Positions 20,801-31,508 are shown, counted from the first letter of the stretch. The stretch: 64,000 bases of DNA from an uncultured Actinomycetes bacterium (GCA_963810915.1 CAWEPH010000006.1:555004-619003), one strand, 5' to 3'. Numbers and translations are program-made. Notes: a model not told the origin generated them from the letters alone.

Positions 20801-21496
20801 CTACTCCTTCTCGGCGGACTCGGTCGCCGGCTTCTTCGCCGTGGTCTTCTTGGCGGTGGACTTCTTCGCCGTCGACTTCTTGGCGGTCGTCTTCTTGGCG
20901 GTGGACTTCTTGGCGGTCGTCTTCTTGGCGGTGGTGGGTTTCTTCGCGGTGGTCTTCTTGGCCGACGGCTCCTTCGCCGGCGCTGTGGACGCCTTCGGCT
21001 TGGAGACCGGCTTCTCCGGAACGACGTGGCGCGTCTTCAGCGGGAGACCCTCCCACTTCGGCGGACGCCCGAGCGTGTACGGCTCCGGCTTCTGCGGCGC
21101 GTGCGGGTGCTCGGCGCCGGCCACGACGTGCAGCTTGCGCACCATCGACCGGCCGAGCCGGTTCTTGGGGAGCATGCCCTTGATGGCCTTCTCCACCGCG
21201 AACACGGGACGCTCGGCCATCAGCGCGTCATAGCGCGTGCCCGTGATCCCGCCCGGATAGCCCGAGTGCCGGTACGCGACCTTCTTCATCTCCTTGCCGC
21301 CGGTGAGGACCACCTTGTCGGCGTTCACGATGATCACGTGGTCGCCGCAGTCCATGTGCGGGGCGAAGATGGGCTTGTGCTTCCCCCTGAGCAGCGCGGC
21401 GGCCTCGGACGCGATGCGGCCGAGGACCTGGTCGCTGGCGTCGATCACGTACCAGCGGCGCTCGATGTGCTCAGGCTTGGGAGAGTAGGTCTTCAT
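20801..21496 (-). CDS. rplM: 50S ribosomal protein L13 with long Lys/Thr/Ala-rich C-terminal extension (231 aa)
   Basis: L13 core: [19 protein letters not shown]...[10 protein letters not shown]. This is followed by about 88 extra residues ending in AKK(T/S)T repeats. Confidence 0.92.
   Translation of the reverse strand: MKTYSPKPEHIERRWYVIDASDQVLGRIASEAAALLRGKHKPIFAPHMDCGDHVIIVNADKVVLTGGKEMKKVAYRHSGYPGGITGTRYDALMAERPVFAVEKAIKGMLPKNRLGRSMVRKLHVVAGAEHPHAPQKPEPYTLGRPPKWEGLPLKTRHVVPEKPVSKPKASTAPAKEPSAKKTTAKKPTTAKKTTAKKSTAKKTTAKKSTAKKSTAKKTTAKKPATESAEKE
20828..20965 (-). repeat. 15-nt tandem coding repeat (about 9 units) encoding AKK(T/S)T
   Basis: Protein: [45 protein letters not shown]. Plus-strand DNA is a periodic cttcttggcggt(c/g)g(t/a) array. 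Confidence 0.85.
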
Positions 21497-21560
21497 GCGC
21501 AGAGATGTCGGCCCGGGTCGTGGGCCGACGCATCAGGTTACCCGCGGGCGTGTTGGAGCG

Positions 21561-22322
21561 TCAAAATGCCGCACGCCGACCGTACACGACGCGCTCGAGG
21601 GTGAGCCCGCGAGCCGGCGCGAGGTTACCCGTCCCCGCCCGGTCACGCGCCCGCAGCAGCCGCCGCACGTCCGCGGGTGCGAGCTTCCCGCCGCCCACCA
21701 GCACGAGGGTGCCCGTGAGCGCGCGCACCATCTGATGGAGGAAGGCGTTGGCGCGGAACCCGAGCTCCACGCGCTCCCCGACGGCCACGACGCTCACCCG
21801 CTGCAGGTCGCGCGTCGTGGGTCGCCCGTGGCCGGGATGCCGGCAGAACGAAGTGAAGTCGTGCTCCCCGACCAGGTGGCGCGCGGCCGCCCGCATCGCC
21901 CGCACGTCCAGCGCTCCCTCACGGTGCCAGACGAAACGGGCTGTGAACGGGTCGGGGACGGGACCGCTGTCGATCCGATACCGGTACTCACGGGCGCTCG
22001 CCGAGAAGCGCGCGTCGAAGCCCGGCGGCGCCGCCCGCGCTTCGCGACAGACGATCGCCGGCGCGAGGCGGCCGTTCAGGGCGTCGCGGATCCTGGTCGA
22101 GGCGACGTCGCGCTCGGTGGAGAACGACGCCACCTGCCCACGCGCGTGCACCCCGGCGTCGGTGCGCCCCGCCACGCTGAGCCTCACGGGCTCCCGCAGA
22201 ACGGACGCGAGCACCTCGGCGATCGCGCCCTCCACCGTCGGGAGCGTCGGGTCGCGCTGTGCGGCCCACCCGCGGAAGGTTGTTCCGTCGTAGGCGAGGA
22301 GCAGCCGAAGGGTGCGCGTCAT
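21561..22322 (-). CDS. truA: tRNA pseudouridine(38-40) synthase TruA
   Basis: LLLAYDGTTFRGWAAQ and catalytic GRTDAGVHA. Confidence 0.9.
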   Translation of the reverse strand: MTRTLRLLLAYDGTTFRGWAAQRDPTLPTVEGAIAEVLASVLREPVRLSVAGRTDAGVHARGQVASFSTERDVASTRIRDALNGRLAPAIVCREARAAPPGFDARFSASAREYRYRIDSGPVPDPFTARFVWHREGALDVRAMRAAARHLVGEHDFTSFCRHPGHGRPTTRDLQRVSVVAVGERVELGFRANAFLHQMVRALTGTLVLVGGGKLAPADVRRLLRARDRAGTGNLAPARGLTLERVVYGRRAAF

Positions 22323-22341
22323 GGGCGCAGTATCCCAACGG

Positions 22342-22369
22342 GAGAGGCCGGGGCGAACCCCGGCCTCTC
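22342..22369 (-). terminator. GC-rich hairpin after rplQ
   Basis: GAGAGGCCGGGG-CGAA-CCCCGGCCTCTC, a 12-bp perfect stem. No U-tract. Confidence 0.5.
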
Positions 22370-22390
22370 ATGGATCTCGCGCGGCCGAGG

Positions 22391-22756
22391 CTAGAAGCCC
22401 TCGCGCTCCACCAGTTCGATGCGCGCCATCGGTGCGGCGTCGCCCTTGCGCGGCCCAAGCTTCAAGATGCGCGTGTAGCCGCCCGGGCGATCCGTGAACC
22501 GCGGCCCGATCTCGTGGAACAGGCGCGCGACCACGTCGCGGTCCGGGATGTCCTTCAACACCTCGCGCCGCGCGGCGAGGTCGCCGCGCTTCGCGTAGGT
22601 GATCAGCTTCTCGGCGTAGGGCCGGAGCGCCTTCGCCTTGGCCTCGGTGGTGTTGATGGCCTCGTGCGTGAAGAGCTGTGCCGCCAACGTGCTGAGCAGC
22701 AGCTTCTGATGCGACGGGTTGGAACCCAGACGCGGTCCCTTCTTGGGCTGGGGCAC
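22391..22756 (-). CDS. rplQ: 50S ribosomal protein L17
   Basis: [21 protein letters not shown]..., [15 protein letters not shown]. Confidence 0.95.
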   Translation of the reverse strand: MPQPKKGPRLGSNPSHQKLLLSTLAAQLFTHEAINTTEAKAKALRPYAEKLITYAKRGDLAARREVLKDIPDRDVVARLFHEIGPRFTDRPGGYTRILKLGPRKGDAAPMARIELVEREGF

Positions 22757-22761
22757 CTAGC

Positions 22762-23691
22762 TCACTCCTCCCGCAGTCCGAGGCCGAGCTCCTCGAGCTT
22801 GGCCTTGACCTCGTCGATCGACTTCTGGCCGAAGTTGCGGATGTCCATCAGCTCGGACTCGCTCTTCAGCACCAGGTCGCCCACCGCGTTGATGCCCTCG
22901 CGCTTCAGGCAGTTGTAGGAGCGCACCGACAGGTTGAGCTCCTCGATCGTGATGGCGTAGTCGCCGGGGACCTCCTCGTCCTCCGCAGGACCCACCGTCA
23001 CGCTCGCGGCGTCGGCGAGCTCGGCGAAGAGGTTCACGAGCTCCAGGAGCGTGCCGCCGGCCGAGGCCACGGCCTCGCGCGGGGTGACCGAGCCGTCGGT
23101 CTCCACGTCGAGGATCAGGCGGTCGCGGTCGGTCATCTGCTCCACGCGCGTGTTCTCCACCGCGTAGCTCACCTTGCGCACCGGCGAGAAGATCGAATCC
23201 ACGGGGATCACGCCGATCGGATCGCGAGGCTTCTTGTTCTTGTCGGCCATGCGGTAGCCGACGCCACGCTCGACCGTCATCTCCATCTCCACCGACGCGC
23301 CCTTGCCCAAGGAGGCGATGTGCAGGTCGGGGTTCAGGATCTCGATGCCGGCGGGCGGCGCGATGTCGCCGGCCGTGACCTCGGCCTGGCCCTTGGCCTT
23401 GAGGTAGATGGTGGTGGGCTCCTCGAGCTCGGAGCGCACCACGAGCTCCTTCAGGTTCAGGATGATGTCGGTGACGTCCTCCGTGACCTTGGGGATGGTC
23501 GAGAACTCGTGCAGCACGCCGTCGATGCGGACGGACGAGATGGCGGCGCCGGGGATCGACGACAGCAGCGTGCGGCGCAGCGAGTTGCCGACCGTGTAGC
23601 CGAACCCGGGCTCCAGCGGCTCGATCGTGAACTTCGAGCGCGTGGGCGTGAGGACGTCCTCAGCTATCTGAGGCCTCGCGACGATGAACAA
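22762..23691 (-). CDS. rpoA: DNA-directed RNA polymerase subunit alpha
   Basis: TTG 23691, 6 nt after AAGGAGGGA, gives MFIVARPQI...[27 protein letters not shown]. The ORF track extends to GTG 23724. Confidence 0.92.
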   Translation of the reverse strand: MFIVARPQIAEDVLTPTRSKFTIEPLEPGFGYTVGNSLRRTLLSSIPGAAISSVRIDGVLHEFSTIPKVTEDVTDIILNLKELVVRSELEEPTTIYLKAKGQAEVTAGDIAPPAGIEILNPDLHIASLGKGASVEMEMTVERGVGYRMADKNKKPRDPIGVIPVDSIFSPVRKVSYAVENTRVEQMTDRDRLILDVETDGSVTPREAVASAGGTLLELVNLFAELADAASVTVGPAEDEEVPGDYAITIEELNLSVRSYNCLKREGINAVGDLVLKSESELMDIRNFGQKSIDEVKAKLEELGLGLREE

Positions 23692-23788
23692 GGCGGTTCC
23701 CTCCTTCGGCGGGGGATCATCCACTCCTACCCCGCGTCGTTATCTCCCGGGGGCCCATCGGGGCGACCGGGTGTTCGCCGGCGTCCGA

Positions 23789-24181
23789 CTAGACGCGGCG
23801 ACGCTTGCGTGGCCGGCAGCCGTTGTGCGGCACCGGCGTGACATCGGAGATGCCCGCCACCTCCAAGCCGGCGGCGGCCAGCGATCGGATGGCGGTCTCG
23901 CGGCCCGAACCCGGGCCCTTGACGTAGACGTCGACCTTCTGCAGGCCGTGCTCCTGCGCGGCGCGCGCGGCCTTCTCGGCGGCCAGCTGCGCGGCGAACG
24001 GCGTGGACTTGCGGGAGCCCTTGAACCCCACGTTGCCCGCGCTCGCCCAGCTCAGGGTGTTCCCCTGCAGGTCCGTGATCGTGACGATGGTGTTGTTGAA
24101 GGTCGACTTGATGTGGGCCTGTCCGTGCACGACGTGCTTCTTCTCGCGACGCTTCGTCTTCTTGGCCTTGGGCTTCGCCAT
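23789..24181 (-). CDS. rpsK: 30S ribosomal protein S11
   Basis: [15 protein letters not shown]...[14 protein letters not shown]. Confidence 0.95.
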   Translation of the reverse strand: MAKPKAKKTKRREKKHVVHGQAHIKSTFNNTIVTITDLQGNTLSWASAGNVGFKGSRKSTPFAAQLAAEKAARAAQEHGLQKVDVYVKGPGSGRETAIRSLAAAGLEVAGISDVTPVPHNGCRPRKRRRV

Positions 24182-24195
24182 CCGGTGGAGCTCCC

Positions 24196-24576
24196 TTACT
24201 TCTTGGTCGCCTTCTTCTTGCCGGCGATGGTCTTCTTCGGACCCTTGCGGGTCCGCGCGTTGGTGTGCGTGCGCTGACCGCGCACCGGGAGGCTGCGGCG
24301 GTGGCGGATGCCGGCGTAGCAGCCGATCTCGATCTTCCGCTTGATGTCCTGCGCCACCTCACGGCGGAGGTCGCCCTCGACCTTGAAGTTCTGGTCGATG
24401 TAGGCACGGATCTTGAGGACCTCGTCCTCAGAGAGGTCACGCACCTTGGTGGCGGCGTCGACGCCGGCGCCGGTCACGATCTTGTTCGCGTTGGTGGTGC
24501 CGATCCCGTAGATGTAGGTGAGCGCGATGTCCAACCGCTTGTCGCGGGGGAGGTCAACGCCTGCGATCCGTGCCAC
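24196..24576 (-). CDS. rpsM: 30S ribosomal protein S13
   Basis: [26 protein letters not shown]. Confidence 0.95.
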   Translation of the reverse strand: MARIAGVDLPRDKRLDIALTYIYGIGTTNANKIVTGAGVDAATKVRDLSEDEVLKIRAYIDQNFKVEGDLRREVAQDIKRKIEIGCYAGIRHRRSLPVRGQRTHTNARTRKGPKKTIAGKKKATKK

Positions 24577-24591
24577 CTGATGGTCTCCTTC

Positions 24592-24705
24592 TCAGCCTTG
24601 ACGCTGCTTGTGCCGCGGGTTCGAGCAGATGACGAGGATGTTCCCGCGCCGGCGGATCACGCGGCACTTGTCGCAGATCTTCTTCACCGAGGGACGTACC
24701 TTCAT
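24592..24705 (-). CDS. rpmJ: 50S ribosomal protein L36 (zinc-binding type)
   Basis: Not in the ORF track (37 aa). Hand translation: [37 protein letters not shown]. Confidence 0.92.
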   Translation of the reverse strand: MKVRPSVKKICDKCRVIRRRGNILVICSNPRHKQRQG

Positions 24706-24751
24706 CGTCTACTCCCGCCGATCTTCTCCGAGCCTAACCTTGAGCCCGATC

Positions 24752-24970
24752 TCACTTGTACCGGTACACCACACGGCCCCGCGTGAGGTCGTACGGCGAG
24801 AGCTCCACCAAGACCCGGTCGCCGGGGAGGATCCGGATGTAGTGCATCCGCATCTTCCCCGAGATGTGCGCCAGCACCAGGTGATCGTTGTCCAGCTTCA
24901 CCCTGAACATGGCGTTGGGCAACGGCTCGACGACCGTTCCCTCCATCTCGATGGCGTCTTTCTTCGGCAA
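24752..24970 (-). CDS. infA: translation initiation factor IF-1
   Basis: TTG 24970 gives [26 protein letters not shown]...[13 protein letters not shown] (72 aa). The longer tracked ORF has a non-homologous N-terminus. Confidence 0.9.
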   Translation of the reverse strand: MPKKDAIEMEGTVVEPLPNAMFRVKLDNDHLVLAHISGKMRMHYIRILPGDRVLVELSPYDLTRGRVVYRYK

Positions 24971-25086
24971 GCTCCAGCTGGTTCCTTCGAACGTGGTCTT
25001 CCCCGGATCCGGAGCACGCGGAACGGGCTCCAGGTGGGGCGAACCCAAAGTATACGGGCCCTGCCGCGCCACCGTCCACGCAGGGC

Positions 25087-25845
25087 TCAGCGGCGCGCGG
25101 TCAGGACCTCCGGACCGTCCTCGGTCACCGCGATCGTGTGCTCGAAGTGCGCCGCGACGGATCCGTCGGCGGTGACCACCGTCCAGCCGTCCTCCAGGAC
25201 CCGCGTCTCCTCCCCGGCGACCGTAAGCATAGGCTCCACCGCGATCACGAGGCCGGGCCGCAGATCGGGGCCGCGTCCCGGCGGTCCCCAGTTCTGGATG
25301 AACGGATCCTCGTGCATGGCCCGGCCGATCCCGTGCCCGCCGTACTCACGCACGATCCCGAACCCCGCGGGAGCCGCCGTGGACTCGATCGCCCACCCGA
25401 TGTCCGACAGGCGCCCCCCGGGCCGGATCGCGTCGATCGCGGCGTCCAGCGCCGCCTCGGTCGTCTTCACCAGACGCGCGGCCTCGTCGCTCGGCGCGGC
25501 GTCGCCCACGAAGACCGTGACGGCCGAATCCGAGTGGAAGCCCTCCCAGATGGCGCCGAAGTCGAGCGACAGCACGTCGCCCTCGCGCAGGAGCCGCGTG
25601 CGCGATGGGATCCCGTGGACGATCTCCTCGTTCACCGACGCGCAGATCGACGCGGTGAAGCCCTTGTACCCCAGGAACGACGGGACGGCCCCCTCCGCGC
25701 GGATCCGTCGCTCGGCCACGTCGTCGAGATCGGCCGTGCTCACGCCCGGACGCACCCGGGTGAGCACCTCGTCGATCGTCTCGGCGAGGATGCGCCCCGA
25801 CTTCCGCATCTTCTGGAGCTCTTCGGGCGACTTGCGGATGATCAT
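25087..25845 (-). CDS. map: type I methionine aminopeptidase
   Basis: ATG 25845 ([17 protein letters not shown]...) overlaps the adk stop (ATGA). Metal-site context is HGIP..., FHSD and GHGIG. Confidence 0.92.
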   Translation of the reverse strand: MIIRKSPEELQKMRKSGRILAETIDEVLTRVRPGVSTADLDDVAERRIRAEGAVPSFLGYKGFTASICASVNEEIVHGIPSRTRLLREGDVLSLDFGAIWEGFHSDSAVTVFVGDAAPSDEAARLVKTTEAALDAAIDAIRPGGRLSDIGWAIESTAAPAGFGIVREYGGHGIGRAMHEDPFIQNWGPPGRGPDLRPGLVIAVEPMLTVAGEETRVLEDGWTVVTADGSVAAHFEHTIAVTEDGPEVLTARR

Positions 25846-26495
25846 GGTTCCAAGGCCTCCAGCGTCGCGACGGTCCGCTCCACCACCACGTCCTCCTGTG
25901 CCTGCGCGTCCACCTCGTGGAGGAGGCCGTGGTCGCGGTAGAAGGCCTCGAGGGGCGCGGTCTGTTCCCCATAGACGGCCAGCCGGCGACGCACGGTGAG
26001 CTCCTCGTCGTCGGCGCGCCGCTCCAAACCCGTGCCGTCCACGTCGCAGATCTTGTCCTGGGCGGGCGGCTTGAACTCCAGGTTGTAGGTGCGCTTGCAT
26101 AGGGGACAGATCCACCGGTTCGACAGGCGGCGCACGGCCATGTCGTCGGAGATCGCGAAGTCGAGCACGGCGGTGAGGGGAGTGCCGGCCGCCTCGAGCG
26201 CCCGCTCGAGCGCTCGGGCCTGGGGCACGGTGCGCGGGAAGCCGTCGAGGATGAAGCCGGTCTGCGCGTCGTCGTGGGCCAGGCGATCCATCACCATCTC
26301 CACCACGACGTCGTCGGGGACGTACTCGCCGCGGTCCATGAACGCGCGCGCGCGGATCCCCAGCATCGTGCCCTCCTGGACGTGCTCCCGCAGGATGTCG
26401 CCCGTGGAGATCTGGGGGATGCCGTAGCGCTCCGCCAGACGCTGTGCCTGCGTCCCCTTCCCCGCGCCCGGAGGGCCGAGCAGCACGAGGCGCAT
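25842..26495 (-). CDS. adk: adenylate kinase (Zn-lid type)
   Basis: MRLVLLGPPGAGKGTQ. Lid is CPLC...CDVD. 217 aa. Confidence 0.95.
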   Translation of the reverse strand: MRLVLLGPPGAGKGTQAQRLAERYGIPQISTGDILREHVQEGTMLGIRARAFMDRGEYVPDDVVVEMVMDRLAHDDAQTGFILDGFPRTVPQARALERALEAAGTPLTAVLDFAISDDMAVRRLSNRWICPLCKRTYNLEFKPPAQDKICDVDGTGLERRADDEELTVRRRLAVYGEQTAPLEAFYRDHGLLHEVDAQAQEDVVVERTVATLEALEP

Positions 26496-26497
26496 GG

Positions 26498-27779
26498 CTA
26501 CTTCAGGAAGCCCTCGTAGTGGCGCATCAACAGCTGGGACTCGATCTGCTTCATGGTCTCCAGCGCCACGCCGACGGCGATCAGCACGGAGGTGCCGCCG
26601 AACGGGAACCGGTTGACGGACCAGTAGGCGAACACGATCGAGGGAACCAGGGCGATGGCCGCGAGGAAGAGGGAACCCGGCAGCGTGATCCGCACCAGGA
26701 TGTCGTTCAGGTAGGTGGCGGTGGGGGGTCCCGGCCTGATGCCCGGGATGAAGCCGCCCTGCTTGCGGATCTGGTCCGCGGTGCGGACGGGGTCGAACTG
26801 GATGGCCGTGTAGAAGTAGCTGAAGAACACGATGAGCAGCGTGAGGATGACCATGTACACGATGCTCTTGGAGTTCACGACGTAGTTGTTGATCATGTTC
26901 TGGAACCACGTGGCGTGGTACACGCTCGCGAGCAACGTCGGGAAGTACAGCACCGAGGTCGCGAAGATGATCGGGATCACGCCCGCCTGGTTCACCTTCA
27001 GCGGCAGGTACGTGCTGGTGCCGCCCATCATGCGCCGCCCGACGACGCGCTTGGCGTACTGGATGGGGATCCGCCGCTGACCCTGATCCATGAAGACCAC
27101 CGCCACGATGATGGCCAGACCCAGGAAGATCGCGATCACGAAGCGCCCGGTGCTGGTCTGCAGGATCGCGTTGCCCTCCGCCGGCAGGGCTGAGATCACG
27201 CTGGTGAAGATCAGGATGGACATGCCGTTGCCCACGCCGCGCTGTGTGATGAGCTCGCCGAGCCACATCACCGTCGCGGTGCCGGCCGTCATCGTGAGGA
27301 TGATCAGCAGCACGTTGGGGGCCGTGAAGGTGCCCGGGCGGGAAGATGTCGGGGATGCCGCTGCGGCCCGAGTGGAAGAGGAAGACCAGCCCGGTCGACT
27401 GCAGCAGCGCCAGCACCACCGTGACGTAGCGCGTGTACTGGTTGATCTTCTTGACGCCCGCCTCGCCCTGGTCCTGGAGCGCCTGCAGCTTGGGGATGAC
27501 CACCTGCAGCAGCTGCAGGATGATCGACGAGGTGATGTAGGGCATGATCCCCAGCCCGAACACCGCCATGCGCGAGAGCCCGCCGCCGGAGAACAGGTTC
27601 ATCATCGACAGGAAGCCGCCGGCCCCCGCCGCGTTCACCGCGTTGGTCAACTTGGTGAAGTCGACCACCGGCACCGGCACGTGTGCGCCGAAGCGGTAGA
27701 CGGCGATGATGACCAGGGTGAAGAGGATCTTGTTGCGGAGGTCCGGAACCCGGAACGCGTTGAGGAAGGCTTTCAGCAC
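26498..27779 (-). pseudogene. secY: preprotein translocase SecY, reading frame broken once as sequenced (likely 1-nt insertion near 27332)
   Basis: The N-terminal 148 aa are in the frame of ORF 25842..27779 (MLKAFLNAFRVPDLRNKILFTL...). The remainder is in ORF 26498..27313. The junction reads CCC GGG [C] ACC TTC ACG. Confidence 0.9.
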
Positions 27780-27800
27780 GGTAGGTAATGGTACCCCGGC

Positions 27801-28238
27801 TCAGCCAAGAAGCTCGGCTCGACCGCCCGCGGCCTCGATCTTGGCCTTGGCGGCCTCGGAGAAGGCGTGCGCCTTGACCGTGAGCGCGTGATCGAGCTCA
27901 CCGCGCGCCAGGATCTTCACGGGCTTGCCCTTGCGGACCAGCCCGTGCGCGTACAGGGCCTCGGGCGTGACCTCGCCGTCGGCGTAGTACTTGGAGAGCA
28001 CCTCGACGTTGACCGCCGCGTACTCGACGCGGTTCACGTTCGTGAAGCCCTTCAGCTTCGGCACGCGCCGCTGCAGCGGCATCTGACCGCCCTCGAACCC
28101 CACCGGCACGTTCTTGCGCGCGCCGGTGCCCTTGGTGCCGCGGCCCGCGGTCTTGCCACGCACACCGGCACGGCCGCGGCCGACCCGCTTCTTGTCCTTC
28201 TTGGCGCCCTCGGCGGGCTTCAGGTGATGGAGCTTCAT
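27801..28238 (-). CDS. rplO: 50S ribosomal protein L15
   Basis: MKLHHLKPAEGAKKDKKRVGRG...; intact at 145 aa. Confidence 0.95.
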   Translation of the reverse strand: MKLHHLKPAEGAKKDKKRVGRGRAGVRGKTAGRGTKGTGARKNVPVGFEGGQMPLQRRVPKLKGFTNVNRVEYAAVNVEVLSKYYADGEVTPEALYAHGLVRKGKPVKILARGELDHALTVKAHAFSEAAKAKIEAAGGRAELLG

Positions 28239-28239
28239 C

Positions 28240-28422
28240 TCAGGCCTCGACCTCTTCCACGTCCACGAGGTGCTGCACCTTGGCGATCATGCCGCGGATC
28301 TCGGGACGATCCTCCTTGACGACGGTGTCGTTGATGCGATGCAGGCCGAGCCGCCGGACCGTGTCCTTCTGATCCTTCGGCCGGTCGATCACGCTGCGCC
28401 GCTGGGTGACCTTGAGCTTCAT
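28240..28422 (-). CDS. rpmD: 50S ribosomal protein L30
   Basis: [27 protein letters not shown]... (60 aa). ATGA overlap with rpsE. Confidence 0.92.
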   Translation of the reverse strand: MKLKVTQRRSVIDRPKDQKDTVRRLGLHRINDTVVKEDRPEIRGMIAKVQHLVDVEEVEA

Positions 28423-29066
28423 CGACGGCCCCCCATGGGAGCGCCGCGGCCGCCGCGGGGGTTGGCGGGCGCGTCGCTGTAGACCTCTTCCAGCGCCGCG
28501 GTACGCGCGGCCTGCAGGCGGGTCTCCGCCGCGGCCACCGCCTCGAGCATGGGCTTGGGCGCCACCTCGTGCACGTCGCGCCCGCGCAGCGTGGCCACCT
28601 GCTGCGGCTTGCGGAGCTGCTTCAGGCCGTTCACGGCCGCCTTCACGATGTTGATCTGGTTGGAGGAGCCCATGGACTTGGACAGGATGTCCTTGATGCC
28701 GGCGCACTCGACGAGCGCGCGCACCGGACCGCCCGCGATGACCCCGGTTCCGGGGGCGGCGGGCTTCAGCAGCACCACGCCGGCGCCCTCTTCCCCGATC
28801 ACCTGATGCGGGATGGTGGTGCCCATCATCGCCACCTCGAACATCTTCTTGCGTGCCTCCTCGACGCCCTTGGCGATGGCCGAGGGCACCTCCTTGGCCT
28901 TGCCGTAGCCGACGCCGACGCGGCCCGCGCCGTCACCGACGACCACCAGGGCGGCGAAGGAGAACCGACGGCCGCCCTTGACGACCTTGGCCACGCGGTT
29001 GATCGAGATGACCCGCTCTTCGTACGGGCTCTTGTCTTGCTGGTTCGCGTCGTATCGCCTACTCAT
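28419..29066 (-). CDS. rpsE: 30S ribosomal protein S5
   Basis: ATG 29066. [30 protein letters not shown]. 215 aa with a C-terminal extension. Confidence 0.93.
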   Translation of the reverse strand: MSRRYDANQQDKSPYEERVISINRVAKVVKGGRRFSFAALVVVGDGAGRVGVGYGKAKEVPSAIAKGVEEARKKMFEVAMMGTTIPHQVIGEEGAGVVLLKPAAPGTGVIAGGPVRALVECAGIKDILSKSMGSSNQINIVKAAVNGLKQLRKPQQVATLRGRDVHEVAPKPMLEAVAAAETRLQAARTAALEEVYSDAPANPRGGRGAPMGGRR

Positions 29067-29067
29067 G

Positions 29068-29416
29068 TCAGATCTGAAGTCCTCCCTCGCGGGCGCCCTC
29101 GGCGAGGGCGGCCACACGGCCGTGGTAGAGGCGGCCGCCGCGGTCGAACACCGCGGACTCGATGCCGGCCTCCTTGGCACGGCTGGCGATGAGCTCGCCC
29201 ACCGCCTTGGCGCGGGCGAGTCTTGCCCTCGCCCTTCACCTCGGCGTCCGAGGCCGAGGCCAGGGTCACCGCCTGCACGTCGTCGATCAGCTGCGCGTAG
29301 ATGTGGCGGTTGGAGCGGAACACCGCCAGGCGCGGACGGCTCTGGCTGCCCGCCACCTTCTTGCGCACGCGGGTGTGACGCCGCAGGCGCGCGTCGCGCT
29401 TCGTCTTGGCATCCAT
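29068..29416 (-). pseudogene. rplR: 50S ribosomal protein L18, one frameshift as sequenced (near 29221)
   Basis: [21 protein letters not shown]...GEGKT, then [50 protein letters not shown] in the next frame. The span is 349 nt, one nucleotide over a whole number of codons. Confidence 0.9.
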
Positions 29417-29968
29417 CAGGCAGCAGCACCCTTCGCGGCCTTGCCGGCCTTCTTGCGGACGTACTCGCCTTCGTAGCGGATCCCCTTGCCCTTGTACGGC
29501 TCGGGCTTGCGGATCTTCCGGATCTTGGCGGCGATCTCGCCCACCGCCTGCTTGTCGTTGCCCCGCACCACGATCTGCGTGGGCGTGGGCACCTCGAACT
29601 CGATGCCCTCGGGCACCGGCATCACGACGGGATGCGAGTAGCCGGCCTGGACCTCGAGGTCCTTGCCCTTCATCGCGGCCCGGTACCCGACGCCGATGAT
29701 CTGCAGGCGCTTCTCGAACCCCTTGGTGACGCCCTCCACCATGTTGGCGAGCAGCGACCGCGTGAGCCCGTGGAGGCTGCGGTGGAACCCCTCGTCGTCG
29801 GGGCGCTCGACCGTGATCCGGCCGTCGGCGACCTGGATCGTCATGTCCGGGTGCATCGTCTGCGTGAGCGTGCCCCGCGGGCCCTTGACGGTCACGATGT
29901 TGTCCCTCGGCGACCGATACCTCGACGCCGCTGGGGATCTCGATGGGCTGTTTTCCGATCCGACTCAT
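29416..29968 (-). pseudogene. rplF: 50S ribosomal protein L6, one frameshift as sequenced (extra G, 29905-29907)
   Basis: [21 protein letters not shown] in one frame and [13 protein letters not shown]... in ORF 29416..29895. The span is 553 nt, one nucleotide over a whole number of codons. Confidence 0.9.
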
Positions 29969-30357
29969 CAGGTCATCACCACACGTAGGCCAGGACTTCG
30001 CCGCCGATGCCCTTGCGGGAGGCGTCCTTGTCCGTCATCACGCCCTGCGAGGTCGAGACGAGGGCGATGCCGAGCCCGCCCAGCACGCGCGGCAGATCGT
30101 CGCGGCCGACGTACACGCGGCTGCCGGGGCTCGGAGATGCGCTTGATCCCGGTGATCGTGCGCTGGCGGCCCTTGCCGTACTTCAACCGGATGCGGAACG
30201 CCCGATCGATGCCCTCGCCCTCCGGCTCGTAGCCGCCGATGAACCCCTCGGCCGTCAGGATCTTCAGGATCGCGTCGCTCTGCTTGGACACGGGCACGAT
30301 CAGCTCGTCCTTGTAGGCCAGGTTGGCGTTGCGGATCCGGGTGAGCAGGTCCGCCAC
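29968..30357 (-). pseudogene. rpsH: 30S ribosomal protein S8, one frameshift as sequenced (CCCC run, 30126-30129)
   Basis: (SDPV)ADLLTRIRNAN...[11 protein letters not shown], then [22 protein letters not shown]... in the next frame. The start codon is unclear (GTG 30357 or upstream). Confidence 0.85.
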
Positions 30358-30394
30358 CGGGTCCGAGACGTTGCTCGAGAACGTTCGCCTTGGC

Positions 30395-30581
30395 TCACCA
30401 TGAGGACTTCGTCACCCCCGGCAGCTCGCCGGCGTGCGCCAGCTCACGGAAGCAGATGCGGCAGAGCAGGAACCGCTTGTACACCGCACGCGGGCCGCCC
30501 GCACTTCTGGCAGCGCGTGTAGGCGCGCACGCGGAACTTCGGCTGCTTCCGCTGCTTGTTGACCAGTGCCTTCTTCGCCAT
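30395..30581 (-). pseudogene. rpsN: 30S ribosomal protein S14 type Z (zinc form), one frameshift as sequenced (30492-30494)
   Basis: [30 protein letters not shown], then [31 protein letters not shown] in the next frame. The span is 187 nt. Confidence 0.9.
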
Positions 30582-30593
30582 ATGTCCTCGTCC

Positions 30594-31172
30594 TCAGCTC
30601 GCCTGTGCGGCCGCGGTCTGCCCCTGGAGGGGGAAGCCCGAGCGCCGCCAGCAGGGCGCGTCCTTCGTCGTCGGTCGTCGCGGTGGTCACGATCGTGATG
30701 TCCATGCCCCGCACCTTCAGGACCTTGTCGTAGTCGATCTCCGGGAAGATCAGCTGCTCGGTGACGCCCATCGTGTAGTTGCCGTGGCCGTCGAACGCCT
30801 CCGGGTCCATCCCGCGGAAGTCCCGGATCCGGGGGAGCGCCAGCGTGACGAGCCGGTCGTAGAACTCCCACATCCGGTCGCCCCGCAGGGTGACCTTGGC
30901 GCCGATGGCCATGCCCTCGCGGAGCTTGAACCCGGCGATCGACTTGCGCGCCTTGGTGACCACCGGCTTCTGGCCGGTGATGGTCGTGAGGTCCTCGAGG
31001 GCGGCATCCAGCATACGACCGTCCTTGACGGCGTCACCCACGCCCATGTTCACCACGATCTTGTCCAGGCGCGGGACCTGCATGACGTTGTCCAGGCCCA
31101 GCTCGCTCCTTCGAGCCGCGCCACGATCTCGTCGCGGTAGCGCTCCTTCAGCCGCGGGATGTAGTCGCTCAC
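30594..31172 (-). pseudogene. rplE: 50S ribosomal protein L5, two frameshifts as sequenced (about 31105 and 30629-30633)
   Basis: [22 protein letters not shown] / [23 protein letters not shown]...[11 protein letters not shown] / [11 protein letters not shown], spread over three frames. Confidence 0.88.
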
Positions 31173-31506
31173 AGTTCCGCCTCGCACTTCCTGCAGATCC
31201 GCACCTTGGTCCGTCGCCGTCGATGCGGTGGCCCACGCGCGTGGCCTGGCCGCAGCTCTTGCAGACGATGGCCACGTTGGAGATGTCGATGAACATCTCG
31301 ACGTCGATGATCCCGCCCTGCGCCACGGCCTGCGTGCTGCCGCTGGCCCGGCCCGACGCGCGCTGGTGCTTCTTGGCCATCGCGACGCCGTCGACCATCA
31401 CGCGCGCGCGGCTCGGGTCGACCCGGACCACGCGGCCTTCCTTGCCGCGATCCTTGCCCTGCAGCACGCGGACGGTGTCGTCCTTCTTGATGTTCACACC
31501 TGGCAT
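31169..31506 (-). pseudogene. rplX: 50S ribosomal protein L24, one frameshift as sequenced (about 31210); CxxC...CxxC C-terminus
   Basis: [27 protein letters not shown]...[21 protein letters not shown](G) / [13 protein letters not shown]. The stop overlaps the rplE GTG (GTGA). Confidence 0.88.
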
Positions 31507-31508
31507 CG

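Noticed and set aside
20828-20965. Short tandem DNA repeats that could be mistaken for a CRISPR or VNTR locus.
   Set aside because: The period is 15 nt with no spacers, and the array lies in frame inside rplM, encoding AKK(T/S)T. It is a coding repeat, not CRISPR.
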